The notes: a model not told the origin generated them from the sequence alone. A stretch of DNA of 64,000 bases from Epiperipatus broadwayi (GCA_028023455.1 JAQFVV010000007.1:17050001-17114000); one strand, 5' to 3'; counted from the stretch's first letter, positions 51,346-63,756 are shown. Made by a program: numbers and translations.

Positions 51346-51528
51346 CTGCTTTTCAGAAAATGCATAAAAGCTGTTAAACAGATTGAACTTACCAATTAGT
51401 AAAAAAAAAAACGATATGAATTATTTGTAATAAATACTGCTTTTCAGAAAATGCATAAAAGCTGTTAAACAGATTGAACTTACCAATAAGTAAAAAAAAA
51501 AAACGATATGAATTATTTGTAATAAATA
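51346..51528 (+). repeat. 91-bp tandem duplication
   Basis: ctgcttttcagaaaatgcataaaagctg...gaattatttgtaataaata starts at 51346 and 51437. Confidence 0.9.
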
Positions 51529-51728
51529 TGGTAGATTTATTGCCAAAAAGGAAAAACACAAATTACTGATAAGAACTAATTTAAAAGTTATAATGTAAAT
51601 ATTAAAATAATAGAAAAAATTGGGTTGCAGTATTTCATTGCACAGTTACTCAATATACCTGAACAGCTTGAAATTGTAGACTAGCTGCCTGCACACATAT
51701 ACTCTGGGTTCAAATATGGGCCTGAAAG

Positions 51729-52322
51729 ATGTATTTATATATATTGGACTATTTCCATCATCGAATATGAGTATTGAATGTCTTTAGGAAAAATTAACTT
51801 TATTTAAATATTCCAAATACATTCAACTGTTAGTAATAGCACACATGTTAGTATATGCACAATGTTTCAAGAAATATTATTATCTCCTCTTCTTCAGGTA
51901 TTGTTGGCATGGCAGTGCCAGTACTAGCAATGGGAATCAAACCTGGACTCTCAGTATTTTGAATATTGAATTTTAAAGTAATGCTCTAACCAACTGAGCC
52001 ATCCATCCAAAGGCTGAGACATCCAAAGTTGGTTAGAGCATTACCTTAAAATTCAATACTTAAAAATCTAGGGTCCAGGTTTGATTCCCATAATTCTGTC
52101 ACTGGTCATGTGAGCAACATCTGATGAAGAAGAGAGACTAATACCTCTTGACACATTGTGCATGTACTAATTTGTGAGCTCTTACTAACAGTTGAATGTA
52201 TTTGGTATATTTAAATAAAGTTAAAATTTTCTAAAGAGATTCAATACTCATATTAGATTATGGAAATAGCCAATATATAGACACAACTAAAACACCATTA
52301 CCACAAATCTTCAGAATAACAC
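51729..52322. mobile_element. Family A head-to-head inverted pair (minus 51738-52000, plus 52027-52280) with a 12-bp flanking direct repeat
   Basis: The arms are reverse complements over ~260 bp; each has a tRNA-like head (agttggttagagc...ccaggtttgattccc) and a hammerhead-like core; tgggcctgaaag at 51717-51728 and 52323-52334. Confidence 0.85.
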
Positions 52323-53799
52323 TGGGCCTGAAAGTATTTGAATTCTAATCAGATTTAGGATTTTTCTTTTACATAATTATTATATAGCCAGCCCATCTAA
52401 CCATTCAGTATAGATCAGTATGTGGGTAGCTAGATATTCTCAAATAAAGAATAAAGTAAGGATCAGAAACCACCTATCAATAGTCAGTCCATCTCATTAT
52501 TCAACATTCACAATTAGAGAATACAATAGATTAAAATCTATAGTCAATCCAGTTTATTATCCAGTATTAATGTAGTAAATAGAAATCTGCTAAATATATA
52601 AATATTAGTCCATTTAACCCAGAAAAGGTAGACATGGGTATATAAATTGTTGCTTTTGTTCATGCTAAGCATGCTTTCAATATGTTATGTCTCATAATCA
52701 TAGCACCTGTAATCCAGTTGTTCGAATCTCCTTAATAACATTTATATTTATGTATGTTTTTAACTTATATCTTGAGTTCACTCAATCTCTCATCATCAGT
52801 TGAGTTCTCATGCAAAACAATGTAGCACCAAGCCCAGAAATAATTTATGTAGTATCACCATGGGTGTTGTCCAGAGTGTTATAGATTTGGGGAATCGGCA
52901 AACAGGTTAGAATTCATGTTTGCTCCTGACCTGTATATCTCAGGCATGATTGGATTCGTGGTACTTTTGCTCAGATTCTAAGTCTTATTGGATGGACATA
53001 CATTTTTGACCGGTACAATATATATATATATATCAATAAATATTTCTGTTATAAGTTAAAATGTAACATTATTATGTAATAATACATATATATTAAGAGT
53101 TTTAAATAGTTTTTAAAATGTTATTAAATTAAAAGAAAAAAAATCAAACTGCTCTCTTGCAACTATTATTTAAACCAAATGAAAATTCTAAAGATAATTA
53201 TTAATTGCAAAACGTGAAATTATTGAATAGTTTTCATATTTTTCCCATCCTCTGTTCCATATCTATCAAACTAGTTGACATACTGAAAACATAAGCATGT
53301 CAAATGAATTAAGGTGTTATAACTTAATTATATATTAATTTTCAAGCAATTCTATTGAATTCAAATTTATTAAATCTTGATTTTAAATTTTCATTCTAAC
53401 TTGAAAAAAAATTAAAAGTTAACAAACAAACAGATTTTTCAAAATCAATTAAACCATTTAATAAAAATAATAATGAAATGTGTAGGGCAACCAAGGTGAA
53501 GTAGTACTATTATAGATATTTTTGTTCTTATATTTTTATGAAAGAAGATTGTGTTTACAAAAATTAGTGCATATGAAGCTTTAATATTAACTAAAATATC
53601 ACCTTAAACTATAAGTTATGTACTTGTGACTTTTCAAGTATACCAAGATGGCACACTACACTTTTGATTAGTGTACAGTTTTGAGGGCCTGCAATCTATA
53701 GAAGATGTGTTAGTTGTTAAATTAAAACCAAGTTAATAAATTGATTGTTAAATTTAAAAAAAAAGGAATAAATTCTGATAAATTTCATTAAGAAGATTT

Positions 53800-55076
53800 A
53801 GTACTAATCAGTACACCAGGCCAGTCACTTAGTAGCATTATTTCTCTGCTAAAAACACACAATTATATCGATCTGGGGCCGACTATGTTTCAATTATTTT
53901 TATATTTTTCGACTTTTATAAAAATATTTTTATCCCAATTTGTCCGACTTTTATTAAAATATTTTTACATTTTCTCTTCCTTTTTTAAAAATATTTTTAT
54001 ATTTGAGACAACTTTCATTTACTAATATTTGGACATATTTTGACATTTGATACGACTTTTTTTTAACCAATATTTTGACATTCTTGTAAAGAATTTATGA
54101 TACAAGATTTGTTTCAAATATTTGTACTTTTTTTTTTTTCAAAAATAGCAAAATAGACATTGCATAATGCAAATAAAGCCAAAAAACCTGCCGTATTTTA
54201 AAAACAAAAGAAAACAAAAGTTAAAAAAGTCAAAAGTTTTGATCTTATTTTAATTTTTTTGGAGGGAGATGGGGAGAAATAATTTGGCATCACTAGAGAC
54301 AAAAGTTATTTTGGGTTTGTTTTTATTTTTAAAAAAAAAGGTAATAAAAATTTGTTTTAAAATAAAAAAGTTTTAGTATATCAGCAGTATACAAATAAAG
54401 CTGAAACAAAAATCACTGTATAGCCAAAAAAAAAAAAAGTCACTGTATTTTTTTTAAATAACAACAACAAAAAAAAACCAAAGTTGAAAAACTCAAAGGA
54501 TTTTATCTTATTTTAATGTTTTTTTGGGGGGTGGGTAGGTGGAGTGGCTGACAAATAATTTGTCATCAGTGATCAAACCAAGTTGAAGATTTCCAAACTC
54601 TGTCCAACCTCAGACATTTTATTTGTCTCATAATTTACATGGCTTTTCACATGAGTTCTGGGAAAATATGCTTAGCCATGACCTTTTGCAATTTTTTCCA
54701 CCTTCCAAAATTTGTAGGGAAGCCTGGTGACAGTCTTACGATTATTACTATCAAATACTAGGTCAGGTAGGGAGTAAGACCTTGAATTAGAATGCATATT
54801 ACAAGTTATGGCCACTTGAATTCACTACACACTCACATCATACAATAATAATCTGTTAAGTGTGCATATTCGTATGTTGCAAATTAGCAGGCCATAATAT
54901 TGGTGTACAATGCCATAAATGCCTGCAGCAGCTACTATGAACAGTATTGTTCTACTAGGCTGTAAGTTTCCTCTGCAAAAGCACAGAAATATTGGGCCAT
55001 GTAAATGGCATATTTCTGGGTTGGTAGCAGAGAAACAATGCCACCAAGCGGCTGGCCTAACATACTGATTAGTACT
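53800..55076. mobile_element. Non-autonomous TIR (DNA transposon/MITE-like) element, ~1.28 kb
   Basis: 52-bp imperfect terminal inverted repeats: agtactaatcagtacaccaggccagtcacttagtagcattatttctctgcta (53800-53851) versus the reverse complement of 55025-55076; no ORF inside. Confidence 0.7.
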
Positions 55077-55189
55077 GAAGATTTATTTGTTTTTTTTTTA
55101 CTTATAATGCAGAAAATGACAAGATGCTCTTGACATTGTCATACTTTGGTTCAATTCAGTGTAAGGTTTTTTTTGGTAAATTGTCATAA

Positions 55190-55310
55190 TGCTAAAAATT
55201 TGGGACCTTCCTGATACAGAACATGATACAGTGGACTATCTCCAAAGGTATGGGATACTACCCTCCCAAAAAGTGTGAATTAATGATCACTATATGATTA
55301 CATACTGCCA
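55190..55310 (+). mobile_element. Possible Merlin/ISXO2-like transposase N-terminal fragment
   Basis: Translates to WDLPDTEHDTVDYLQRYGILPSQKVCE, resembling from memory Merlin-type N-termini (W.LP.TE.D....LQ..GIL....C). Confidence 0.35.
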
Positions 55311-56788
55311 ACATGAATAATATGTAAATATTATATTTATTTCTCATTTTTCTGTTAATACATTAATTAAAAAAAAAAAACTGTAAATAATGGAATTAAT
55401 TTTTCCACAATGATTTTTTTTTTAAAATAACAGTAATAAAAAAATAAAATATAAATATTAAATATGATATTTACTAGCAGGCATTTTTTTGTAAACATTT
55501 TTTTTGGAGGGGGGGGGAGGTGAAACAATAGATTTATCAAAAATACGAGCTGCCATCTTGGCTTACTTGAAAACTCACAAGTACCATTTTTTATTTATTT
55601 ATGCCAAATAAGGAATAATTTATTTCAGATTATTTGTAAGTCCTATTTCTGGAAATTGTAACAATGGAATTATTTTCCTCACTTGTAGTTTTTTTTTACT
55701 TTTCTTGAACAATTTAATTAATTAAAAGAAATGTAAGCCTGTCTCTTACCTTAATGTATATTTGTACTACAAAAGTGTTTTCTGAATTCTTGCTTATTTA
55801 AACAACAGTATTTAGTTTTATATCTAAACTATGTTCATAGTATGACATTAGTTAATGTTGCATGCTAATTGAAGGCATCTAGGATAGAAGGTTAATTGGG
55901 AAAAGTTTGGGATTATCATCATTTATATTTTCCTACTTACTGACATCCAGACAAAAATAATATGATTATTACTGTGTGACAATATTAATTATCTTACCAG
56001 CAGAAGTTAATGGCACTAGACCACCAAAATACATTCAAATACTCATATCATTAGATAAACTACTATGAACATTTTCATTTTTTTAAAAAAATGTAGTTTG
56101 ATCCTGTAGAAATCTTCACTACATTCTTATGATTAGCTAATTAATGGAATAGTCTCTTTATTTTTTCCTTCTTTAAATGCATTTGTTACAACCATATATA
56201 CTAATAGTTAATCCATTATCACCCATAAGCCCTAAAAGACATAAAATTAATTTATTTTGGTAAATAGTTGGATTATTTATTTATGAATTTCAATTTACAG
56301 AACAATATTGGATGACAAAATGCGGATCGCTGTCTGAAACAAAATTCTAAGCCTAATTGTAACATAAAAATATTAAGTTTCATCTTCTTTGGATTAAAGC
56401 CACACTGGCTCCACAGCCAAAGATTGTGCTCTTAATATACTAAGTCACATAATATACATATAATGACAAATTACACCAAGTTGGCTATAATTTTTTATAA
56501 AGACCAAAAAGTGGCATAGGTCACTTATGTTTATGTATTCGCACATACATGCACACACGCACGCATACACACATAATATATATGTGTGTGTGTGATTTTA
56601 TAAATTCACAAAAAATGTATAAACTTATTTTTTTATTAATTCTAAACGTTTTAATTTTATATTTTTCTTTCTTTTGAAAATACCTTTCTATTATATTAAT
56701 CTAAATAAATAGATTTATTAAAATTATTAACTTTTACATATATTCTTTTTATTTTTCAGATTTCACATTATTTTATCCTAAAAAAAGC

Positions 56789-57418
56789 ATGTGGAGATTG
56801 ATGCAATTCACAACATTTGGTCACATTGGACCATTTCTCATTTTAACGGGTCTATCATTATGTAATTATATTCCTATAGATGAAGTGTATTCTTTTCCCT
56901 GTAATGCTTGGAACTGTAGATGGCCATATGTTCGGGATCCATTTTGGAGAAGCAGTGATTACTTATTAGAACATCCACCAGATAATGACTACGGTTTGGC
57001 TTCACAAAATTACCACAACCCTAGGAAAGATGTAACAAATTATTACTCCGATTATCAAAACGATTTTACTGCAAATACTGAACAATTAAAAGAAAATAAG
57101 CGTGATGAATCGTCAAAGTACTTAAAAAAATTAAGAAATCACCAGAAATCTCCTAAGCAACCTTTGAATACTACATCAAATGAACTGATATGGATTGACA
57201 ATACAACGGGAAATACTTTTGCAAAATATGAAGTTTGCCATCTTGTTTGTTCATTTTGTAAACGTTATGCCGGCAAGAAACAATCTTTACTGTGTAATAA
57301 ACAATGCAATAAATCGACTGGAATTGAGTTTGAGGCTTGCTTTGCTTTCTGGCTAAAATCGAAAGTTAAGAAACTCCCAAATTGGTGGAAATGGTACCTG
57401 TATTATCAACGTTCTTAA
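56789..57418 (+). CDS. Secreted prohormone-like protein with a C-terminal eclosion-hormone-like six-Cys domain
   Basis: 209-aa ORF in one exon behind a strong acceptor (tttttatttttcag, AG ending at 56759). Hydrophobic N-terminal stretch (GPFLILTGLSLC), dibasic KR/KK sites, and C-x3-C-x2-C-x11-C-x3-C-x10-C at 57236-57340. Confidence 0.7.
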   Translation: MWRLMQFTTFGHIGPFLILTGLSLCNYIPIDEVYSFPCNAWNCRWPYVRDPFWRSSDYLLEHPPDNDYGLASQNYHNPRKDVTNYYSDYQNDFTANTEQLKENKRDESSKYLKKLRNHQKSPKQPLNTTSNELIWIDNTTGNTFAKYEVCHLVCSFCKRYAGKKQSLLCNKQCNKSTGIEFEACFAFWLKSKVKKLPNWWKWYLYYQRS

Positions 57419-58790
57419 AATGCATTAATACATATGAAAGCTTTTATGGGTCTCTAAGTTTTATTTTCTTTATTGTGTGTGAAAAGTCAGTGCTATTTGT
57501 ACATTATTTTCTTTAAAATATTAAATGAAAAAAAAATTGCATTTATGGTTATACTTTTTTTAATTATGTTTTGACTACATTAAAACAACAATAACGAATT
57601 TTTTCTTTGAATATTAAATGACTGGTAATATTATTCATATCCTATTTTCTTAGTTCCACTATTCCCTACTAAAAATCCCAAGAAGCTTCAATCCTATATT
57701 CTAAGTCTTATTTCATTTACAAACATTCTATATCTATTGGAATCAATGTAGATTTTAAGATTGTTTGGAAGCTTTTGTGACGTTTTAGCACTAGAAATGT
57801 TTAATAGGCTTTTGTGTCATTGAATTAAACTACACAGGTTATTATTATTTAATTCTTAAAAATACAAAATTGGATTTATTTTATCCATATAAATTGAAAA
57901 ATATTGGGTAAGAATCAGAAATCAAAAGATTCATCTGAATATCAAAAAAAAATCTATAACTATCAGATTAAGCAAGTTATGTGCCTGGTGGAGGATCAAA
58001 TCAATGTCCAGAGATGATCTGAATATATATACTCACCATTATCATATTAAGCTAATGAGCTATTCACTGAACAAAGTGAATCAAATAAGCTGTGAGGTAT
58101 TAAATTTTAAAAGCCAATAAGATTTTTGAACTCTGTTTGGATCATTATCAATGAACACTCATACAATTATTTATAAATAAACAAGTTAATACAATTAGCT
58201 GTTGCTGTGAGCTGATACTTTTTGCTGTAAAAAATTAAAACTTCAGAGAAGTTGGAATCCAAAGAAGTGATTAAACTAATATCACCCTTTAAGTAGATTA
58301 TTCCAACAGTACCCTTTATTAAAAACAACATAGAGATATGAATCTGAAGAGATTATTGCTGAACATTAAATAAGGCCTTACCTTTTGGTAACTAGCTCCT
58401 TCATCAGTTAAACAGATACTTTCTATTTTATCTGAGAATAGCTTATCTTCAACAATCAGTACGCAATAAAGCTTCCATAACACTAGCAATCATAACTCAT
58501 AAAGAAGTGCTATTTGATATTTTATGGTTCCAACTACATTCTAGCAAACAGTTGATCAATTAGTGGCTAGAATTCCTGGGATCATACCATATTTTGCTGA
58601 TTTCCTGCTATTGGTCCAAAGTAAGTTTGGTAGTCCATTAGAAAATTTTTAAATAGACTTATGGAAGTATGAATTAAAATAACCCTAATAAATGTGTATT
58701 TGAGGCAGAGGAAATATAATGTATTTGATTCAAAGTTACAGCATAAGTTATTGTTACTACTAAGCACAAAGACTATTTAACATGCCAATC

Positions 58791-58985
58791 CCTATTAAAC
58801 ATCTCATGATCACTATTTCCTAGTCTGTGGATATTGGATGAGTAGGAATTAGATGAGGATTTTATGCAGAAACCTTCTTGCATCCATTGATTACTCTGGT
58901 TTGCAGTGGATGGCACTACTGTAGGGAGAATTTTGCCCTGTTTGAAAAACTTAGAAAATAGTGATCATGTGGTGTTTAATAGTTT
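58791..58985. mobile_element. Family E copy with a short inverted 5' arm
   Basis: ctagtctgtggatattggatgagtagg...ggcactactgtagggagaattttgcc; ctattaaacatctcatgatcactattt pairs with aaatagtgatcatgtggtgtttaatag. Confidence 0.75.
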
Positions 58986-59154
58986 ACTACCAAACCTGCT
59001 AATAAGATGATAATAACTATGATTATTAAAGAACCATAGACACCAAAAGGTATAGATTCAGAATTGTTTTCAGATCTACATGACTCAATAAGCTTGGATT
59101 GAAAACATTATTGTGTTTTTATTTTGGACTCATAGCTTTATAGTTAACTAAAAA

Positions 59155-59350
59155 AGTAAAAGATGGCTGCTGGAGGGTTGCATTAGGTCCTAAGATCTAA
59201 GTATAGTACTCTCAGATCCATTAGCTTCTTACTGATGAAATCCACAAGGTAGAATAAGTAGGTATTAGATAGAGATTTTATATGCAAACCTTGCATCCAT
59301 TGATTACTCTGGCTTGCATTGGATGGCACTGCAGTAAGAAGAATTTTGTC
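59155..59350 (+). mobile_element. Family E copy with the 5' half of the hammerhead intact
   Basis: ctcagatccattagcttctta CTGATGA aatccacaaggta GAA followed by a deletion; 3' arm gcatccattgattactctggcttgc. Confidence 0.75.
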
Positions 59351-59739
59351 TCCATTTCAACCCCCATTATCAAAAGGAGCTTCAAGAATTCTTTGCACTC
59401 ATCAATTATTATGAATTTCATTCAGCACAAATCGGAACTTGCCAAATTATTACATCAACTACTAGATAAAGGGATTGAATTGGTGTGAAGTATTCAACAA
59501 CCTTAAGCCTTTGATAGGATTAACTTATTAAGTGCATATAGCTTTAAATTTTGTTTCAAAAAGAAAGCATAGAGAAACCATTAATAAATGTGATCATTTT
59601 AGAAAGCAGATTCACATAAAGTGACCAATTAACAAACCACAACATGTAGATAAAGCTTCTTAAATAAGAAGGCATGAGTTATCCACAGAGATGATATAAC
59701 TTATGAGATAATCAAATCATTAAACCATGCAGAAACCAT

Positions 59740-60240
59740 AAATAGATCTTATAGTTATTGTGTTATGGTTACCCTGATAATCAAATAATTATACTGCTCA
59801 GAGACCATGAACAGGTCTTAAAGTTATTGTATTTTGGTCACTCTGCAATAATGAGAACAAAAGTTCTGGCTAGATCTTATGGCTGGTGGCCTTCAAGTAC
59901 CAACAATGCCAGCTATGTAAAATGAATCATGGCCATAGATAACTGGATCCTGAGAAATAATCCACTTTGATCATGCTGTATCTTGAAAGGCAAAAGATGT
60001 CTCATTATTATTGATGCTAATTCTAAATTGTACCTAATCTTAACATCTTGATCACAATTGACTCTTTGAAAAAAATATTTGCAACTAATGGTCTTTCTTT
60101 CACCTTTGTTGCCTAGACAATTCAGTGCAAATATTGAAATTAGTCACATATTAATGTTTCCAATCTACCCAAAGAGCAATGGACAAGCTGAATGTTTGGT
60201 GTAAGAGGTTTAAAAAAACCCTCCAGAAAGAAACCACAAA
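59740..60240 (+). mobile_element. Gypsy/Ty3 integrase remnant
   Basis: LKLLYFGHSAIMRTKVLARSYGWWP (zinc-binding domain), IHFDHA, GKRCLIIIDANSK, LKKIFATNGL and PIYPKSNGQAE (cf. PYHPQSNGQAE). Confidence 0.85.
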
Positions 60241-60289
60241 TATATAAAATGTGTGGGTATTTGGAATACTGCTAATAAAGCACAAGAAC

Positions 60290-60520
60290 TAGGTGCAGTG
60301 CTCTCAGATCCAAGGCTCCTCACTGATAAAAACCACAAGCTAGAAACTAGTCTGTGGATATTGGATGACTAAGCACTAGATAGGGATTTTATGCACAAGT
60401 CTTCTGGAATCCATTGATTACTATAACTTGCACTGAGTGGCATTACTGTATGGAGAATTTTGCCTGTTTTAATAACAGTTATGAGCAAGCATAAGAAATG
60501 GTGATCATGTGATGTTTAGT
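60290..60520 (+). mobile_element. Family E copy with a complete hammerhead layout (60317-60358)
   Basis: tcctca CTGATAA aaaccacaagcta GAAA CTAG TC tgtgga; palindromic stem III ACUAGU, GUC triplet; G8 mutated to A. Confidence 0.8.
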
Positions 60521-62154
60521 AGTTTCATGTAGTGTTCATGGCAGATTCAAATTAAAATGTTAATTAATCATAGATTGAGAATCAAGTTATACAAACTCAA
60601 ACCTAAACCCAACAAAGTAAAGAAGCAATAAATTATAGCCACTTCAAAATTGGTACAACTAGCTAATATTATATGTACTCTAAAAAAAGCAGGAACCAGG
60701 TTACAATTGTGGCCAGAAAGAATCAACATCCACTAATAGTGAAAACTCCTAATAGTTAATTTTATAAACAGTACAAGGACTAACTTCATGTTAACTTTAG
60801 CAAGTCAAAAATACCCAGCAATGAAATGATATAGCCTCATTCTATAAATCAGCAAACAATAACTCTATCAGAGTGGTAACCAAGAACCTACCTATATCAA
60901 AATTTTGTCTACAACAGAATTAATACGATGAAAGAGGCAAACCTAACAACTATTAAAAAGAAGCAGCAAAGGAAATAGAAAACTGCCAAAGCATTTATTA
61001 GAATATGATTTGACAAAATGCGACATCAGTGAATAGGAAATAACTACCATTGAATAATGTATATAAAAAAGCAAATTATTAGAAAAACTGGGTGAGTTGG
61101 CATATTTTTCTTGGTGTTTCATTCCCTTTGTTATTTAGAAAAAATGGGCTTGTTGTTTCTTGGTCTGCATATATGTCCATTTAGAAACTCAAGGGTTGGT
61201 GTGAAGCTTAAAAGAAAGCATACATTCCTGTTGTATTTCCCAGACTGATGTATATTTTGTAACAAATTATAATTCCTATGATGAATTGCTTTGTGTATGT
61301 TAATTAGTAGTGTGTAATAAAATGTTTATTTTCACTCTACATAACTTTTTAATTTTCATGATGTAGAAATGGATTGTGTAATATGTAAACTATGAGAAGT
61401 GTATTGTATTAAATATTAATACAAAACTTTATTTAATTAATAAAAAACAGGAAATATAACTGTTAATGAAAGAAACTAGATAACTAGAATAAAGTTTGAA
61501 GCTAATGTTATTTGTCAGAAAATATTTTAGTCAAATTTTTGATCAATTCCACATTGTTAAATCTTTATAATTTTAAACTAAATTTAAACATTTTTTCCTC
61601 TTATAAATATTAGATAATTAAATTTTTTAAAGCAGAGTAAAGAAACTCTAGATATGCACTCTGAAATAACATGAAGGTGTTTAAAATTGGAAAAATATAA
61701 TAAGTACCATGCTTTGACTTTTATGAGTTACTAATTGCAAAAGATATAAACTGTGAAGATAATGTGAAATAAGATTGTATCAGACATTAATTCAAAACTT
61801 TAAATAAAAAAACTGCAATATGGATGGCTAATGAAAGACGTTTATGTTACACACTCACTTCAGATGAGTACTCAATTTAAGTTCATGAAAATGCTTCTAT
61901 ATAGATATCTTGAGGTATTACAATTTTATAATTAAATTAAATATTAAATAATTACTTTTTTTAAAGCTAAGTCAAGAAACATAGCTATTTCTAAGTCAAT
62001 GACAATTAAAAAATACTACATAGAGGTCGCTAATACTCTTTATCGAATTAAGCATGTTCAACTACCATCTGCTATAATCAACATGTGAGTTGAGTATCAA
62101 ATGCAATACAAAAAAAATAAATATTGATTAATTTGTTTTACTACCGAATAAAAT

Positions 62155-62390
62155 AAAAATGAAAAAGATTAAGATTTTGGATCATATTTTAAGACATGAA
62201 AGGTTTTTGCAAAATATTTTGGAAGGCAAAATTTTAGGAAGAAGATTGAGAGTTAGACCCAAAATATCCTATGATTAAAATGTGATCAATGTAATTCAAT
62301 GTTTTCATATGCAGATATGAAATGAATTGCTGAAGATAGAATGATGGGGTTGCAATGACAAGTCTTTAGAAGCTGATGATGATGATTATA
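62155..62390 (+). mobile_element. RTE-type LINE 3' end fragment
   Basis: KILDHILRHERFLQNILEGKILGRRLRVRPK...SYADMK*IAEDR, with a gctgatgatgatgat tail. Confidence 0.75.
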
Positions 62391-63756
62391 TATTACATTA
62401 AATGTTCACAACAGAAGTGTCTTTTTTACTTGCATATAAAACAAATTAAATTACTTAACTAAAAAAGGGAAGTTCAGTTTGTGAGCTATTCATGCTAATT
62501 CATTAGGAATATAGATAGCCAGAGATATTTATTTTAAATTTCAGTGACTATTCTTAAGCTGGAACATAATCTCTTACTTCTGGTCTAGCAGAGTTGTAAT
62601 TTCCAGTTGAGGCAGGGATTATTGGTCAGGTGGAATCAAACCACACAAAATAACTTAGCCAAATAATTTTGCCTTATGGTTGGATAGCTTACATTTGAGA
62701 GATTAACCATTCTTCTCTGGCATTGTTTGAGTAAATAATATTCTGGATCTACATCCAAAAAGATATCTATTACTTTTTTTCTTTTTTATATAAAGAAATT
62801 TATTTCGGAAGTTTACATAAATTATGATACATAGTGTTATTTGAAATCAAGGATCCATGGGTGTACCACTTCATTGCTCTGCTCATACAAGGGACCCACT
62901 TCAATGTAGTTGATTAGATTCCGTGGGAGCCCACGTTGTCAGTCATTGTGTTGCTAGACAAATTTATTTAAGACACCTTGGCTATTGGATGATTAAGGAC
63001 AAGATTTTCCGGACCCACCAAGTCACTGTTTTTGTTGTGGGAGTATTTGGGAAGGATTATATGTGCATATGTATGAAGAGATTAGCTGAGTAATTCATTA
63101 CATGAGTATGTTTTCAAAGAAAAAAAACGATGCTTGCAAAAGAGAAGCAAAATAGCCTTAGGGCAGTATAAAGTAACTTTTTTTTTTTATCAGAATTCAT
63201 CACTAGGGAAAGAGTACAGATAAAAACTAGACTAACATGTTGAATTTTTTTTCTTCTTCTGTTTCTTTAAATAAAAATAGTAAGATATCAACTTTCTGAC
63301 CAATAATTAGATGATTGGTTATGTTAGTGTGACTTCCTGAAAAAAAAAATTCTATTGTTGCTTTAACATTCTCAGATATATATATTATAATAAATCCTAA
63401 CAACCTGATGCTGTAATAATATTTATTATTGGGGGGAGAGAAAGTTATTGGAATACACGAGCAAACCTCGACTGTGTCAAACGCTTCATTTTTGCTTGAT
63501 TATATAGATAGAATATCAATAATTCAAATATCTGTTATTCAAAAATTATATTTTCCAAACAAATTTTAGTGATGATTTTTTTAAATTTTTTATAACAAAA
63601 TATTTTAGTTGTCACATTTACAAAAGAAATTAGAGAGAAAAATATTCAGTAACAATCTATAAATTAATATACCTAATTGTAGAAAGTCGTCCCCCCCCCC
63701 TCTCTCTCTCTTAGTAGAGCTTGGCTTTTAAATAGAGGAGGGGGGTTAAAGCTCTA

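Noticed and set aside
58200-58770. Minus-strand exon-like pieces (IKIESICLTDEGASYQK / GTVGIIYLKG)
   Set aside because: Short, surrounded by stops, and no family recognised with confidence.
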